Assembly (NCBI GenBank): GCA_046542605.1
Contig: JBKHAZ010000001.1
Location: 1-40,741 of the forward strand
DNA length: 40,741 nt
Direction of reading: 5' to 3'
Origin: Oceanicaulis sp.
GTDB lineage: Bacteria > Pseudomonadota > Alphaproteobacteria > Caulobacterales > Maricaulaceae
Under the pieces are notes generated by a model that saw only the letters and a list, made by a program, of their open reading frames with translations, did not search any database and was not told the origin of the DNA. Positions within the stretch are counted from its first letter, which is position 1. Each line of letters opens with the position of its first letter. Shown here in pieces: positions 17,105 to 27,781 of this stretch. A program made the translations under genes and the position numbers.

Positions 17105-18040
17105 TCAGCCGGCTTGCGCGAAGACCCGCTCGGCCCACTGGGCGAAATCGTCCATCGCCGCCTCGCGGCCCAGATCGTTGAGCGTTTCGTGCCGGCCGGC
17201 CGGATCAAAGCGCATGGTGACGTCGGTGAAGCGGGCGTTGTAAAGCCGGGCGGCCAGCGTCTTGACCGCCTTGCCCTTGTCGGTGGCGGGGTCGTCGCCG
17301 CCCGCCGCCAGATGAACGGGCAGGTCGGTGCGCACGGAGCGCAGGCGGTGTTCGTCCTCGCCGCGCTCGGTCAGATCAATGAGGTCGCGCCACAGCGAGA
17401 AGGAGGCGGGCTGGCCGCACTTGGGGTCCTCGATATAGGCCTGGACCTCCTCGGGAATGCGCGACAGCCAGTCATAGCGGGTCTGTCCGCCCTTCACCTG
17501 CTTGCCCCAGGCCTTGAAAGTGAGCGCGTCGAGCCATGTCGCCGGCGCGGTCTTCTTCTTGAACAGGCCTTCCGCGCCGAGCACCGCGCGCATCAGCCCG
17601 GCGCGTGAACCCAGCGCCAGATTGGCGTTCCAGATCGCCGCCCCGGCCAGGGCGCCGCCCCGCTCCATGGCGTGGTTCATGGCGATCACCCCGCCCATGG
17701 AATGGCCGAACACGATGAGCGGCCGGTCCGGCCAGGCGGCGCGGGCGTGATCCTCCACGGCGAGGGCGTCCTGCAGCACCTTGCCGGCGCCCTTAGCGGC
17801 GGCGAAGACGCCGTCGGGTGCGTCGTCGGCGGTGGTCCAGCCATGGCCGCGATGGTCGTGACCGATCACGGCGATCCCGCGCCCGGTCAGGAATTCGGCG
17901 AAGCGCTGATAACGCGCGCCGTGCTCGCTCAGCCCGTGATGAATCTGGACGACGCCCTTCACCGCGCCGGAAGGCGCGGCGGTCCGCACCTTCAGTTCAG
18001 CACCGGTGGGCGAGGACAGGGTTTCTCCGGTGAAGCTCAT
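17105..18040 (-). CDS. Alpha/beta hydrolase, lysophospholipase/monoacylglycerol lipase-like (Hydrolase_4)
   Basis: 'HHGLSEHGARY', 'DHRGHG', nucleophile 'GHSMGG', 'GGDDP', 'RHETLN'. Start MSFTG at 18040 (18082 possible). Confidence 0.85.
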   Translation of the reverse strand: MSFTGETLSSPTGAELKVRTAAPSGAVKGVVQIHHGLSEHGARYQRFAEFLTGRGIAVIGHDHRGHGWTTADDAPDGVFAAAKGAGKVLQDALAVEDHARAAWPDRPLIVFGHSMGGVIAMNHAMERGGALAGAAIWNANLALGSRAGLMRAVLGAEGLFKKKTAPATWLDALTFKAWGKQVKGGQTRYDWLSRIPEEVQAYIEDPKCGQPASFSLWRDLIDLTERGEDEHRLRSVRTDLPVHLAAGGDDPATDKGKAVKTLAARLYNARFTDVTMRFDPAGRHETLNDLGREAAMDDFAQWAERVFAQAG

Positions 18041-18127
18041 CTCGGCGGTCTCCAAAAAGCGCGTAACGGCGCGGGTTCGCATTGGTCATCCCGATCGACC
18101 GGGCGAACCTACGGTGTTGATTCCTCA

Positions 18128-18170
18128 CCTTTTCAAATCGTGAAACCGGGTCCCACTTTCACTGAAAAGG
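18128..18170. promoter_or_regulatory. Nested AT-rich inverted repeats between the divergent lipase and glpK (candidate operator)
   Basis: CCTTTTCA-aatc-GTGAAA-N11-TTTCAC-TGAAAAGG. Confidence 0.45.
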
Positions 18171-18214
18171 CTTTAGCCTTGAGCGCAAACATAACGACCC
18201 GGGGGGAATAGACC

Positions 18215-19693
18215 ATGGCCCGCACCGCCCTTCTCGCCATCGACCAGGGGACGACCTCCTCGCGCGCGCTCGCATTCACCCCGCGTGGCGAGGTGATCGC
18301 CGGCGCCCAGGAGGAATTCGCCCAGATCTATCCGCAATCGGGCTGGGTGGAGCACGACGCCGAAGTGATCTGGGCCACGGTGTTGTCCACCGCCCGACGC
18401 GCGCTGGAGAAGGCCGACGGAGCCGGCCACGAGACCGCCGCGATCGGCATCACCAATCAGCGCGAAACGACGCTGGTCTGGGAGCGCGAGACCGGGCGGC
18501 CGATTCATAACGCCATCGTCTGGCAGGACCGGCGCACCGCCGACATGTGCGCCCGGATGAAGGCCGACGGCTCGGAACGCCTTGTCGCCGAGCGCGCCGG
18601 CCTTGTGCTCGACCCGTATTTCTCCGCCACCAAGCTCGCCTGGATTCTCGACGCCGTGCCCGGCGCCCGGGCGAAGGCGGAGGCCGGCACGCTTTGCTTT
18701 GGAACCGTGGACAGCTTCCTCATCCACCGGCTCACCGGCGGCCGGCTGCACGTCATCGAAGCCACGAACGCCAGCCGCACGGCGCTTTACGGGCTTGAGG
18801 CGGGCGACTGGGATGACGACCTGCTCAAGCTCTTCGGCATCCCGCGCGCGGTCTTGCCGGACATCGTCGACAGCGCCGCGCGCTATGGCGAAACGGACAG
18901 GACGGTCTTCGGCCGGGCGCTGCCCATCTGCGGCGCGGCCGGCGATCAGCAGGCGGCCGCCATCGGCCAGGCCTGCCTTGAGCCGGGCGAGATGAAATCC
19001 ACCTACGGCACCGGCGCCTTCATGATCGTGCACACCGGCGAAACCCTGGTGCGCTCGGCGAACCGCCTTTTGTCCACCACCGCCTGGCGGCTCAACGGCG
19101 ACAGCCGGTTCGCCCTTGAAGGCTCGGTGCTGTCGGCCGGCGCCACGGTGCAGTGGCTGCGCGACGGGCTGGGGATCATCGCGCGCGCCGGCGAGATCGA
19201 GGCGCTGGCCAAAGACGCCGATCCCGACAGCGGCGTCTATCTGGTGCCGGCCTTCTCAGGGCTGGGCGCGCCGCACTGGAATCCCGGCGCACGCGCCGCG
19301 ATCGTGGGGTTGGACCGGGGCGCGGGCCGGGCCGAGATCGCCCGCGCGGCGCTGGATTCCACCGCCTACCAGACGAACGATCTGCTCACCGCAATGCGCG
19401 CGGACGGGGTAAGGGTGGCCGAGTTGCGTGTCGACGGCGGCATGGCGGTCAATGACGGATTCATGCAGCGCCTGGCTGATCTCTGCGCCTGTCCAGCGAT
19501 CCGCCCGGTGAACGCGGAGAGCACCGCCTGGGGCGCGGCCTTCCTGGCGGGGCTCGGCGCAGGGATCTATTCCGGCATTGCGGACGTGCGCGGCTGCTGG
19601 CGCGCGGACCGGCGCTTCGAGCCGGGACTCGAAACCGGCGAACGCACGCGCCTTCTGCAGGGCTGGGACACGGCGGTGAAGCGGGTGCTGTGA
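18215..19693 (+). CDS. glpK: Glycerol kinase
   Basis: 'AIDQGTTSSR', 'GITNQRET', 'IVWQDRRT', 'DPYFSATK', 'TNASRT', 'GDQQAA', 'KSTYGTG', 'VDGG'. Confidence 0.97.
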   Translation: MARTALLAIDQGTTSSRALAFTPRGEVIAGAQEEFAQIYPQSGWVEHDAEVIWATVLSTARRALEKADGAGHETAAIGITNQRETTLVWERETGRPIHNAIVWQDRRTADMCARMKADGSERLVAERAGLVLDPYFSATKLAWILDAVPGARAKAEAGTLCFGTVDSFLIHRLTGGRLHVIEATNASRTALYGLEAGDWDDDLLKLFGIPRAVLPDIVDSAARYGETDRTVFGRALPICGAAGDQQAAAIGQACLEPGEMKSTYGTGAFMIVHTGETLVRSANRLLSTTAWRLNGDSRFALEGSVLSAGATVQWLRDGLGIIARAGEIEALAKDADPDSGVYLVPAFSGLGAPHWNPGARAAIVGLDRGAGRAEIARAALDSTAYQTNDLLTAMRADGVRVAELRVDGGMAVNDGFMQRLADLCACPAIRPVNAESTAWGAAFLAGLGAGIYSGIADVRGCWRADRRFEPGLETGERTRLLQGWDTAVKRVL

Positions 19694-19703
19694 CGCCGCG
19701 CGC

Positions 19704-19883
19704 CTAGTCGGCCGCCTCGCCCGGCGCCAGGATCGCCAGGCTCACCGCGCCAGCCAGCCCCGGCCATGTGAAGGCCACGGCCTGATCGACCATGCCGCCG
19801 GCCAGCGCGACCGCGCCCGCGGTCACGCCGCCTGCAGCGCAGATCGCCGCCGCGGCCAGTATGAGAAGGCGTGTTCGGGTCAT
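19704..19883 (-). CDS. Small hydrophobic membrane protein, 59 aa (absent from the ORF track)
   Basis: Hand translation: MTRTRLLILAAAAICAAGGVTAGAVALAGGMVDQAVAFTWPGLAGAVSLAILAPGEAAD*. Purine-rich GAAGAAGGGGA upstream; fills the intergenic gap; GC-rich third positions. Confidence 0.6.
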   Translation of the reverse strand: MTRTRLLILAAAAICAAGGVTAGAVALAGGMVDQAVAFTWPGLAGAVSLAILAPGEAAD

Positions 19884-19972
19884 GGCCCGTCCCCTTCTTC
19901 CGTCTCCACCCTGAAGCGCATCCTCCGCCGGCAGGGCTAATTTTTCGTTTCGCGCTTACGCAGAGCCCGCGG

Positions 19973-19997
19973 GGAACGCCCGCGCCTGCGCGGCGTT
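19973..19997 (+). promoter_or_regulatory. General-stress sigma factor (EcfG/SigT) promoter
   Basis: Exact GGAAC-N16-CGTT ending 36 nt before the PfpI start codon. Confidence 0.75.
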
Positions 19998-20033
19998 GGC
20001 CGAACGAGCTTTAGCAAACACAGGGAGCCCCCC

Positions 20034-20603
20034 ATGGCCGATCGCGCACAGGGCCGTTACATCGCCATCCTCGCCTCGAACGGATTTGAGGAATCCGAGC
20101 TGTTCGAACCGAAGAAAGCCGTTGAAGCCGAAGGCGGCGTGGTGGAGATCATTTCCGACATGTCGGGCGAAATCGAGGCGAACCGGCACCGGGAAAAAGG
20201 CGACACGATCAAGGTCGACAAAACCCTCGATGAAGCCAGCGCCGACGACTACGATACGCTGATGATCCCCGGCGGGCTGTTCAGCCCGGACACGCTGCGC
20301 ACCAACGACAAGGCGGTCGCGTTCGTGAACCGCTTCTTCGAGCGCAAGCGACCGGTGGCCGCCATCTGCCACGGCCCGCAGCTTCTCATCGAAGCCGATG
20401 CGGTGAAGGGCCGGCGCATGACGTCGGTGCCCGCGATCCGCTCGGATCTGAGAAACGCCGGCGCGGATGTCGTCGATGAGGACGTCGTGGTCGATCAGGG
20501 CCTCGTCACCAGCCGGACCCCGAAAGACCTCAAGGCCTTCTGCGACAAGCTGGTGGAGGAGACCTGCGAGGGCGAACACGCCCGCCAGGCCCGATCGGCT
20601 TAA
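20034..20603 (+). CDS. PfpI/DJ-1 family (YhbO-like) intracellular protease/deglycase
   Basis: 'GFEESEL', 'IPGG...PDTLR', catalytic 'AICHGP', 'TSRTPKDL'. GGGAG RBS. Confidence 0.92.
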   Translation: MADRAQGRYIAILASNGFEESELFEPKKAVEAEGGVVEIISDMSGEIEANRHREKGDTIKVDKTLDEASADDYDTLMIPGGLFSPDTLRTNDKAVAFVNRFFERKRPVAAICHGPQLLIEADAVKGRRMTSVPAIRSDLRNAGADVVDEDVVVDQGLVTSRTPKDLKAFCDKLVEETCEGEHARQARSA

Positions 20604-20671
20604 GGGCGCCGGACGCGCGGCGGCGCCCGCTTGCTTGATCGGGTGTTCGCGGCCGTCTTCTCCAGCCCTCC

Positions 20672-20689
20672 CCTCCCCTCGAGGGGAGG
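20672..20689. repeat. Perfect 18-bp palindrome between convergent genes (repeat remnant or terminator-like hairpin)
   Basis: CCTCCCCTC|GAGGGGAGG. Confidence 0.5.
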
Positions 20690-20775
20690 AAGAGCGCTCC
20701 AGACCGACCAACCCTGATGATGTTTGACGAGACATCGAGACCGCCGAAGGCCCAGCCCGGTGGGCGGCGCCCGGC

Positions 20776-21906
20776 CTAGGCGGCCGCGCGCCTCGGCGCG
20801 GCGGCGAAGGCTTCGGCCATCAGCGCGATGCGCTGGGAATAGGCCGGGGCCACCGCCGCGCTCTGGGCCCAGCGCCGGCGCAGCTTCGCCGGCGCGCGGC
20901 CCAGCGGTCCCGGCAGCAGCGCGCCGGCGGCCTCCGCGATCTCCCAGGCGGCCACGCGCGCCGAGGCGAAGCCCGGCGACAGGGCGCGTCCGGCGCTCAA
21001 GGGGACTTCATAGTCGGCGTAATATTTCTTGTAAGCCTGCTCGCCCTTGCCGAGATCGATGCGGTCGATCCCCATCTCCCCGGCGCGCTGGATGATCCCC
21101 TCCAGAAGCAGCAGGCCCGGAGAGACGCTGGCGAAGCGGGCGTCATAGGCGGGAATCCAGGAATGATACGTCCCGCCAGCGAAAAGTCCCATCTCCACCG
21201 CCGCCAGGCGCTCGCCGAAATAGAGCGAGGCCATGAGCCCGCGCAGCGGACCGAAGCTGCGGTGGGCGCTGGCTTCGAACACCTTGCCCGTCCAGCCGCG
21301 CCCGAATACGTCATACAGCCCGGAACGGCGATACTGCTCGCCCTTCATCACCCGCAGCGCATTGAAGCGCTTGGCTTCGGGATCGCCGAACACCACGCGG
21401 GCCGGACCGTATTCGCGCTCGGCCTTCTTCAGGCGGCGCGCGGTCTTCTTGAAGTGGTCCTTGTGAAGCGCGCGGCGTCGCTCGAGCCAGGCGTCCGCCC
21501 CGCCGGCGAGATCGATCACCGCCGAGCCTGCGCGGGCGCGGGCCCGGCCCGGCGCGGCGCCCGCCCAGTTGTCGTAGATCAGCGCTTCAGCGCCCATGGC
21601 GGCCAAAAGCGCGTCGGGCTCGACACGAAGGCCGGGCGCGGCGGCGAAGCCCTGATAATCCGAAAGCGGCGCGCCCACCGGCCGGGCGATGCCGCGGCGC
21701 GCCGCGTGGTAGCCGAAATAGCCGACCGGGCGTGCGTTTTCTTCCGCGATCACGACGCGCACGTCACCGCGTTCGGCGTCGATCAGATCGGCGAACTCAG
21801 GCAGCAGGTAAGGGCTGGTCAAAACACCTCCGGGCTTGGCCAGATCGCGCCACGCCTCGCGGTCGTGGACGCCGATGTCTCGAAGAGCTGTTTCAAACAG
21901 GCGCAT
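20776..21906 (-). CDS. GNAT family acyltransferase, CelD/BcsL-type (HfsK-like)
   Basis: 'SPYLLPEF', 'PVGAPLSDYQG', 'HSWIPAYDARFASVSPGLLLL', 'IDLGKGEQAYK' are typical of Acetyltransf_6 proteins. Confidence 0.8.
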   Translation of the reverse strand: MRLFETALRDIGVHDREAWRDLAKPGGVLTSPYLLPEFADLIDAERGDVRVVIAEENARPVGYFGYHAARRGIARPVGAPLSDYQGFAAAPGLRVEPDALLAAMGAEALIYDNWAGAAPGRARARAGSAVIDLAGGADAWLERRRALHKDHFKKTARRLKKAEREYGPARVVFGDPEAKRFNALRVMKGEQYRRSGLYDVFGRGWTGKVFEASAHRSFGPLRGLMASLYFGERLAAVEMGLFAGGTYHSWIPAYDARFASVSPGLLLLEGIIQRAGEMGIDRIDLGKGEQAYKKYYADYEVPLSAGRALSPGFASARVAAWEIAEAAGALLPGPLGRAPAKLRRRWAQSAAVAPAYSQRIALMAEAFAAAPRRAAA

Positions 21907-22014
21907 GGCGGGGCTCCAGGGCTGCTGACCATGGTGTGAAATGCAAGGCGCGCGCCGGACGCGAATCCGTTAAGGTCTCGTTTCGTTCTGTTTACGGGTG
22001 CGGGAGGCGAGGCC

Positions 22015-23442
22015 ATGAACGAGCTCTATCTGGGTCTGATCGTGCTGGGGGCGGCGGTGCTTGTGCTCGCGGCGGTGGGCTTTTTCGCGCTGCGAAAGGC
22101 CTGGGGCGAGACCGATGCAGCCCGGGCCGATCTGAAAACCGCTGAAAGCGCGCTCGCCGAGGCGCGCCTGGAGCTGACCGAGGCGCGCACGCGTGCCGGA
22201 CGGATCGATGAGTTGAAGGCCGAACACGCCGAGGCCCGCGAGCGGCTGGAGGCCGAGCTTGCCGCGGCCCGCCGGCGCGAAGCCGATCTGGCCGCCGAGC
22301 TGTCCGGCCTGAAAGAGGCCCAGCGCGAGCGCGACGAAGCAGTGAAGGCCGAGCGCGAACGCCTCATGGCCATGTCCCAGGAGATGAAGGACCGGTTCAA
22401 GGCGCTCGCCGGCGAGGCGCTGGACGCCTCCACGAAAAAGCTGCTCGAACAGGCCGAAGCCAATTTCAAGGCTCAGCACGAGGCCGCCCAGGGCGGGGTG
22501 AAGACGCTGGTCGATCCCATCAACAAGCAGCTCAGCGAGTTCCGCCAGCACGTGGAGAAGATGGAGCGCGACCGCATCCAGAACGCCGGTCAGATCACCG
22601 AACAGATCACCCGCCTGTCGCAAGGGCTCAACGACCAGCACCGCGAGACCGCCAAGCTGGTCAACGCGCTGCAGCGCAAATCCACCACGCGCGGCCAGTG
22701 GGGCGAGCGCACGGTGGAGAACATTCTCGAGCTCGCAGGCCTCACGAAGGGCATCGACTGGGAGGCGCAATACCAGGCGCGCAACGCCGAAGGCGATGCG
22801 CTGCGGCCCGACTTCGTCATCAAGCTGCCCGGCGGCGGCCGCTTCGTGGTGGATTCAAAGGTCGCGCTCACCGCCTATCTCGATGCGGTCGAGGCGCCGG
22901 ACGAGCAGACCCGCAAGGACGCGCTGAAGCGCCACGCCGCCCAGGTGAAGACCCACGTCAAGCAGCTTTCGAAGAAGGAGTATGCGGCCAGCGTCGACGG
23001 CGCGATCGATTTCGTGGCGCTGTTCATCCCCGGCGAGAGCTTCTATTCCGCCGCCATCGAGGAGGATCCCGGCCTGTTCGACGAAGCGATCAAGGCGAAC
23101 GTGATCATCACCACGCCGGCGACCCTGCTCGCCCTGGCCAAGGCGGTCGCCTACGGCTTCCGCCAGGAGAAGCTGGAGCAGAACGCCGAGAAGATCGCCG
23201 CCATCGGCGCCGAGCTGCACGACCGGCTCGGAACGTTCGCCAGGCACATGACCACCATGGGCTCCGGTCTGAAGACCGCGACGGCCAACTACAACAAGGC
23301 GGTGGCGAGTTTCGAGGGCCGGGTGATGGTTTCGGCGCGCCGCATGGCCGATCTCAATGGCCAGACCAAGCAGATCGAGGGACCCACGCCCGTGGACGAG
23401 GCGCCGCGCCTGCTCTCCGCGCCGGAAGACGCCGCCGAATAA
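22015..23442 (+). CDS. rmuC: DNA recombination protein RmuC
   Basis: N-terminal TM, long coiled coil, 'RGQWGE', 'RPDFVIKLPGG...VVDSKV', 'LFIPGE', 'TPATLLA'. Confidence 0.93.
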   Translation: MNELYLGLIVLGAAVLVLAAVGFFALRKAWGETDAARADLKTAESALAEARLELTEARTRAGRIDELKAEHAEARERLEAELAAARRREADLAAELSGLKEAQRERDEAVKAERERLMAMSQEMKDRFKALAGEALDASTKKLLEQAEANFKAQHEAAQGGVKTLVDPINKQLSEFRQHVEKMERDRIQNAGQITEQITRLSQGLNDQHRETAKLVNALQRKSTTRGQWGERTVENILELAGLTKGIDWEAQYQARNAEGDALRPDFVIKLPGGGRFVVDSKVALTAYLDAVEAPDEQTRKDALKRHAAQVKTHVKQLSKKEYAASVDGAIDFVALFIPGESFYSAAIEEDPGLFDEAIKANVIITTPATLLALAKAVAYGFRQEKLEQNAEKIAAIGAELHDRLGTFARHMTTMGSGLKTATANYNKAVASFEGRVMVSARRMADLNGQTKQIEGPTPVDEAPRLLSAPEDAAE

Positions 23443-23470
23443 AACGGCCGGCGCATTGCTGCGCCGGCCG
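23440..23470 (-). terminator. Rho-independent terminator of acs
   Basis: CGGCCGGCGCA-N4-TGCGCCGGCCG hairpin followed on the minus strand by TTTTATT. Confidence 0.7.
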
Positions 23471-23506
23471 AGGCCGGACCGCGAGGGAGGGACGGTCCTT
23501 CAAGCG

Positions 23507-25480
<1,974 letters not shown>

Positions 25481-25537
25481 GGGATATCTCCTCCAGGAGC
25501 TGTGTTGACGCGCCCGGGCCGCACCCGGGGCGCGGGG

Positions 25538-26875
25538 TCAGAAGGTGTATTTCGTCGACACGGTGGCGCGGGTGATCGAGCCGGACAGGCCGCTTTCAAG
25601 TTCGCGCTCGCCATAGAGAATCTCGCCGCCCAGCGTGACGCCCGGCGCTACCGGAACGAGCAGCGCGCCGAAGGCCGAGCGCACCGATTTGGTCGTCGCT
25701 AGACCGGTGAGCGCGACGTCGTTGTCGGCCTCCAGCGCGGAGACGCCGATATTGAACCGGCGCCCGCCGCCGATCTCCTGGCGCCAGGCGAGGAGCCCGC
25801 CGATCACCGCAATGGGCTTGAGCTCGCCTGCTGCGGTCAGCACCGCGCCGGGCGCCGCGTTTAGGCCGATATAGCGGCCCACGCCCTTTCCGCCGGTGAG
25901 CGAGAAGCGCAGGTCCGAGGTGTCGGTGAGTGCGGTGCGGCCCTGGATCGAGACGCCCCAGCCGAAGGCTTCGTCCTCGCCGGCGGCCACATCCGCCGAC
26001 AGGCGCCGCGCCAGCCCGGTCAGCGCAATGTTCGAGCGCTCGCCGCCGAAATTATACCGAGCGACGAAGTCGGGCAGGGCGCCGTCGCCGGACACCATGC
26101 CGGTGGTGTTCGCCAGCTGATAGGTGGTCTCGGGATTCTCCAGCGCGAGCTGAAGCGGCCCGCGCGTGAAGCGCATCTGCGGCTGGCGCACGAAAATCAT
26201 GCCGTCCGGGGCTGCGAGGAAGCTCGCGCTTTCGGGGATCGCGGCGGTGTTCTGGAAGGTCGACCAGTCCTGGCCGACCCGCCAGCCGCCAAACTCGGCC
26301 CAGGCCACCCGCATGCGGGGATTATAGGAATTGGACACTCGTTCATCGCCGCCCGGCGAGCCGAGGAAATCGAACTCGATCCGGCTGGTGATCTCGCCGA
26401 GATCGGTGGGCGTCTTGGTGGCGAAGAAGAAGCGCGAGGCTTGCGCGGTGAAGTCGAAGTCCGGCTCGCTCTCGCCCGGCCCGCTCACCGGCGTGGCGCC
26501 GGGAATATAGAAGCTGCGCGCGATCGACCCGGAATTGATGTCGCCGTTGGACAGCGCGGTGAGATGGGCGTCCACATCGATGAAGCCGCCATAGGTGATG
26601 CGCGTGGTCCCCGCCCTGAAGCCGCTGCCCGGCGGGCTCGCCGCGGCGGTCACCGGCGGGGTTTCGGCTTCGCGGGACTCCAGCCGTTCGATGCGATCCT
26701 CGGTGTCGGCCTCCTGGCTGCGCGCGGCCTCCAGCTCGCCCCTCAATTCGGCCACCATGGCTTCCAGCTGCGCCAGCCGGGCTTCGAGGTCGTCGGTGCT
26801 CTGCGCGTGCGCGCCGGCGGCGAGCGCCAGCACCGACACGCCGGCGGCGAGGCTGAGCTTTGCAAGGGTCTTCAT
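25538..26875 (-). CDS. DcaP family trimeric outer-membrane porin
   Basis: Signal peptide, N-terminal coiled coil, 'YGGFIDVD', 'EFDFLG', 'NSYNPRMR', 'GQDWSTF', 'RQPQMRF', C-terminal 'KYTF'. Directly upstream of acs. Confidence 0.85.
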   Translation of the reverse strand: MKTLAKLSLAAGVSVLALAAGAHAQSTDDLEARLAQLEAMVAELRGELEAARSQEADTEDRIERLESREAETPPVTAAASPPGSGFRAGTTRITYGGFIDVDAHLTALSNGDINSGSIARSFYIPGATPVSGPGESEPDFDFTAQASRFFFATKTPTDLGEITSRIEFDFLGSPGGDERVSNSYNPRMRVAWAEFGGWRVGQDWSTFQNTAAIPESASFLAAPDGMIFVRQPQMRFTRGPLQLALENPETTYQLANTTGMVSGDGALPDFVARYNFGGERSNIALTGLARRLSADVAAGEDEAFGWGVSIQGRTALTDTSDLRFSLTGGKGVGRYIGLNAAPGAVLTAAGELKPIAVIGGLLAWRQEIGGGRRFNIGVSALEADNDVALTGLATTKSVRSAFGALLVPVAPGVTLGGEILYGERELESGLSGSITRATVSTKYTF

Positions 26876-27081
26876 GATGGTCTCCTCCCCGGGTGACCGC
26901 CGCCTGCTCTAAGGAGCGGCGCGCCTTTTCGGCTTGTGTCGCGGAGTATCGGGAGAAGCTCCCGGCCGCGATATTCGCCCTTGGTCGCAAATCCGGCTCG
27001 GCGGCATGCGACTTTTTGGTGAGACGACGCCGGACCCGACGCTCGCTAACGTGTACGGATGAAGCGCGCGGGGAGGCGTGT

Positions 27082-27726
27082 GTGAGCGAAACCCGGATCA
27101 TTCTGGCCGACGACCACCCCCTGTTTCGCGCAGCGCTCGGCGCGGCGGTGGCGAAGAGCGCGCCCGGGCGCGCGGTGGTGGAGACCAGCTCGCTTGAAGA
27201 GACGAAGGCGGCGCTGAGCGACGGGGCGGCGGAGCTTGTGTGTCTTGACCTTCACATGGCCGACAGCTCCGGCTTCATCGGGCTTGCGGAAATCCGCAAG
27301 GACCATCCCGCGATCCCGGTGGTGGTGATCTCCGCCAGCCAGGCGCCCGGCGTCGCGGCGCGCGCGCTGGAATTCGGCGCTTCGGGCTTCATCCCGAAAA
27401 CGTCAGGCATGGACACGCTTTGCGAGGCGCTGGGCGCAGTGCTGCACGGCGATGTCTGGGCGCCGCCGGAGGTCGACACCCCCGAAGCGCGCGCGGCCGC
27501 CGACGCCGCCGCGCGCCTGTCCCGGCTCACCCCGGCGCAGATGCGCGTGCTGCACGGCCTCGCCGCCGGCCGGCTCAACAAGCAGATCGCGTATGACATG
27601 AGCATCACCGAGGCCACGGTGAAAGCCCATGTCACCGCCATCTTCAGAAAGCTCGACGTGATCAACCGCACCCAGGCCGTGCTGGTGGCTCAGGCGCTGA
27701 GCGTGGAGCCGCCCGCGGACGGGTAG
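27082..27726 (+). CDS. NarL/LuxR-family response regulator, CrbR/ErdR-like
   Basis: 'IILADDHPLFR', 'LDLHM', 'FIPK', HTH 'LTPAQ...GRLNKQIAYDMSITEATVKAHVTAIFRKL'. GTG 27082 after GGGAGG; divergent from dcaP-acs. Confidence 0.88.
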   Translation: MSETRIILADDHPLFRAALGAAVAKSAPGRAVVETSSLEETKAALSDGAAELVCLDLHMADSSGFIGLAEIRKDHPAIPVVVISASQAPGVAARALEFGASGFIPKTSGMDTLCEALGAVLHGDVWAPPEVDTPEARAAADAAARLSRLTPAQMRVLHGLAAGRLNKQIAYDMSITEATVKAHVTAIFRKLDVINRTQAVLVAQALSVEPPADG

Positions 27727-27781
27727 GGGAACCGCTCCCCGTCCCGCGCGCTTACCCCCGGCGAAGCCGCCAGGGGCCGCC

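Noticed and set aside
20710-20755. Hammerhead-ribozyme-like CTGATGA followed by a hairpin
   Set aside because: No GAAA directly after stem II (reads TCGAGA), and stems I and III with a UH cleavage site cannot be formed.
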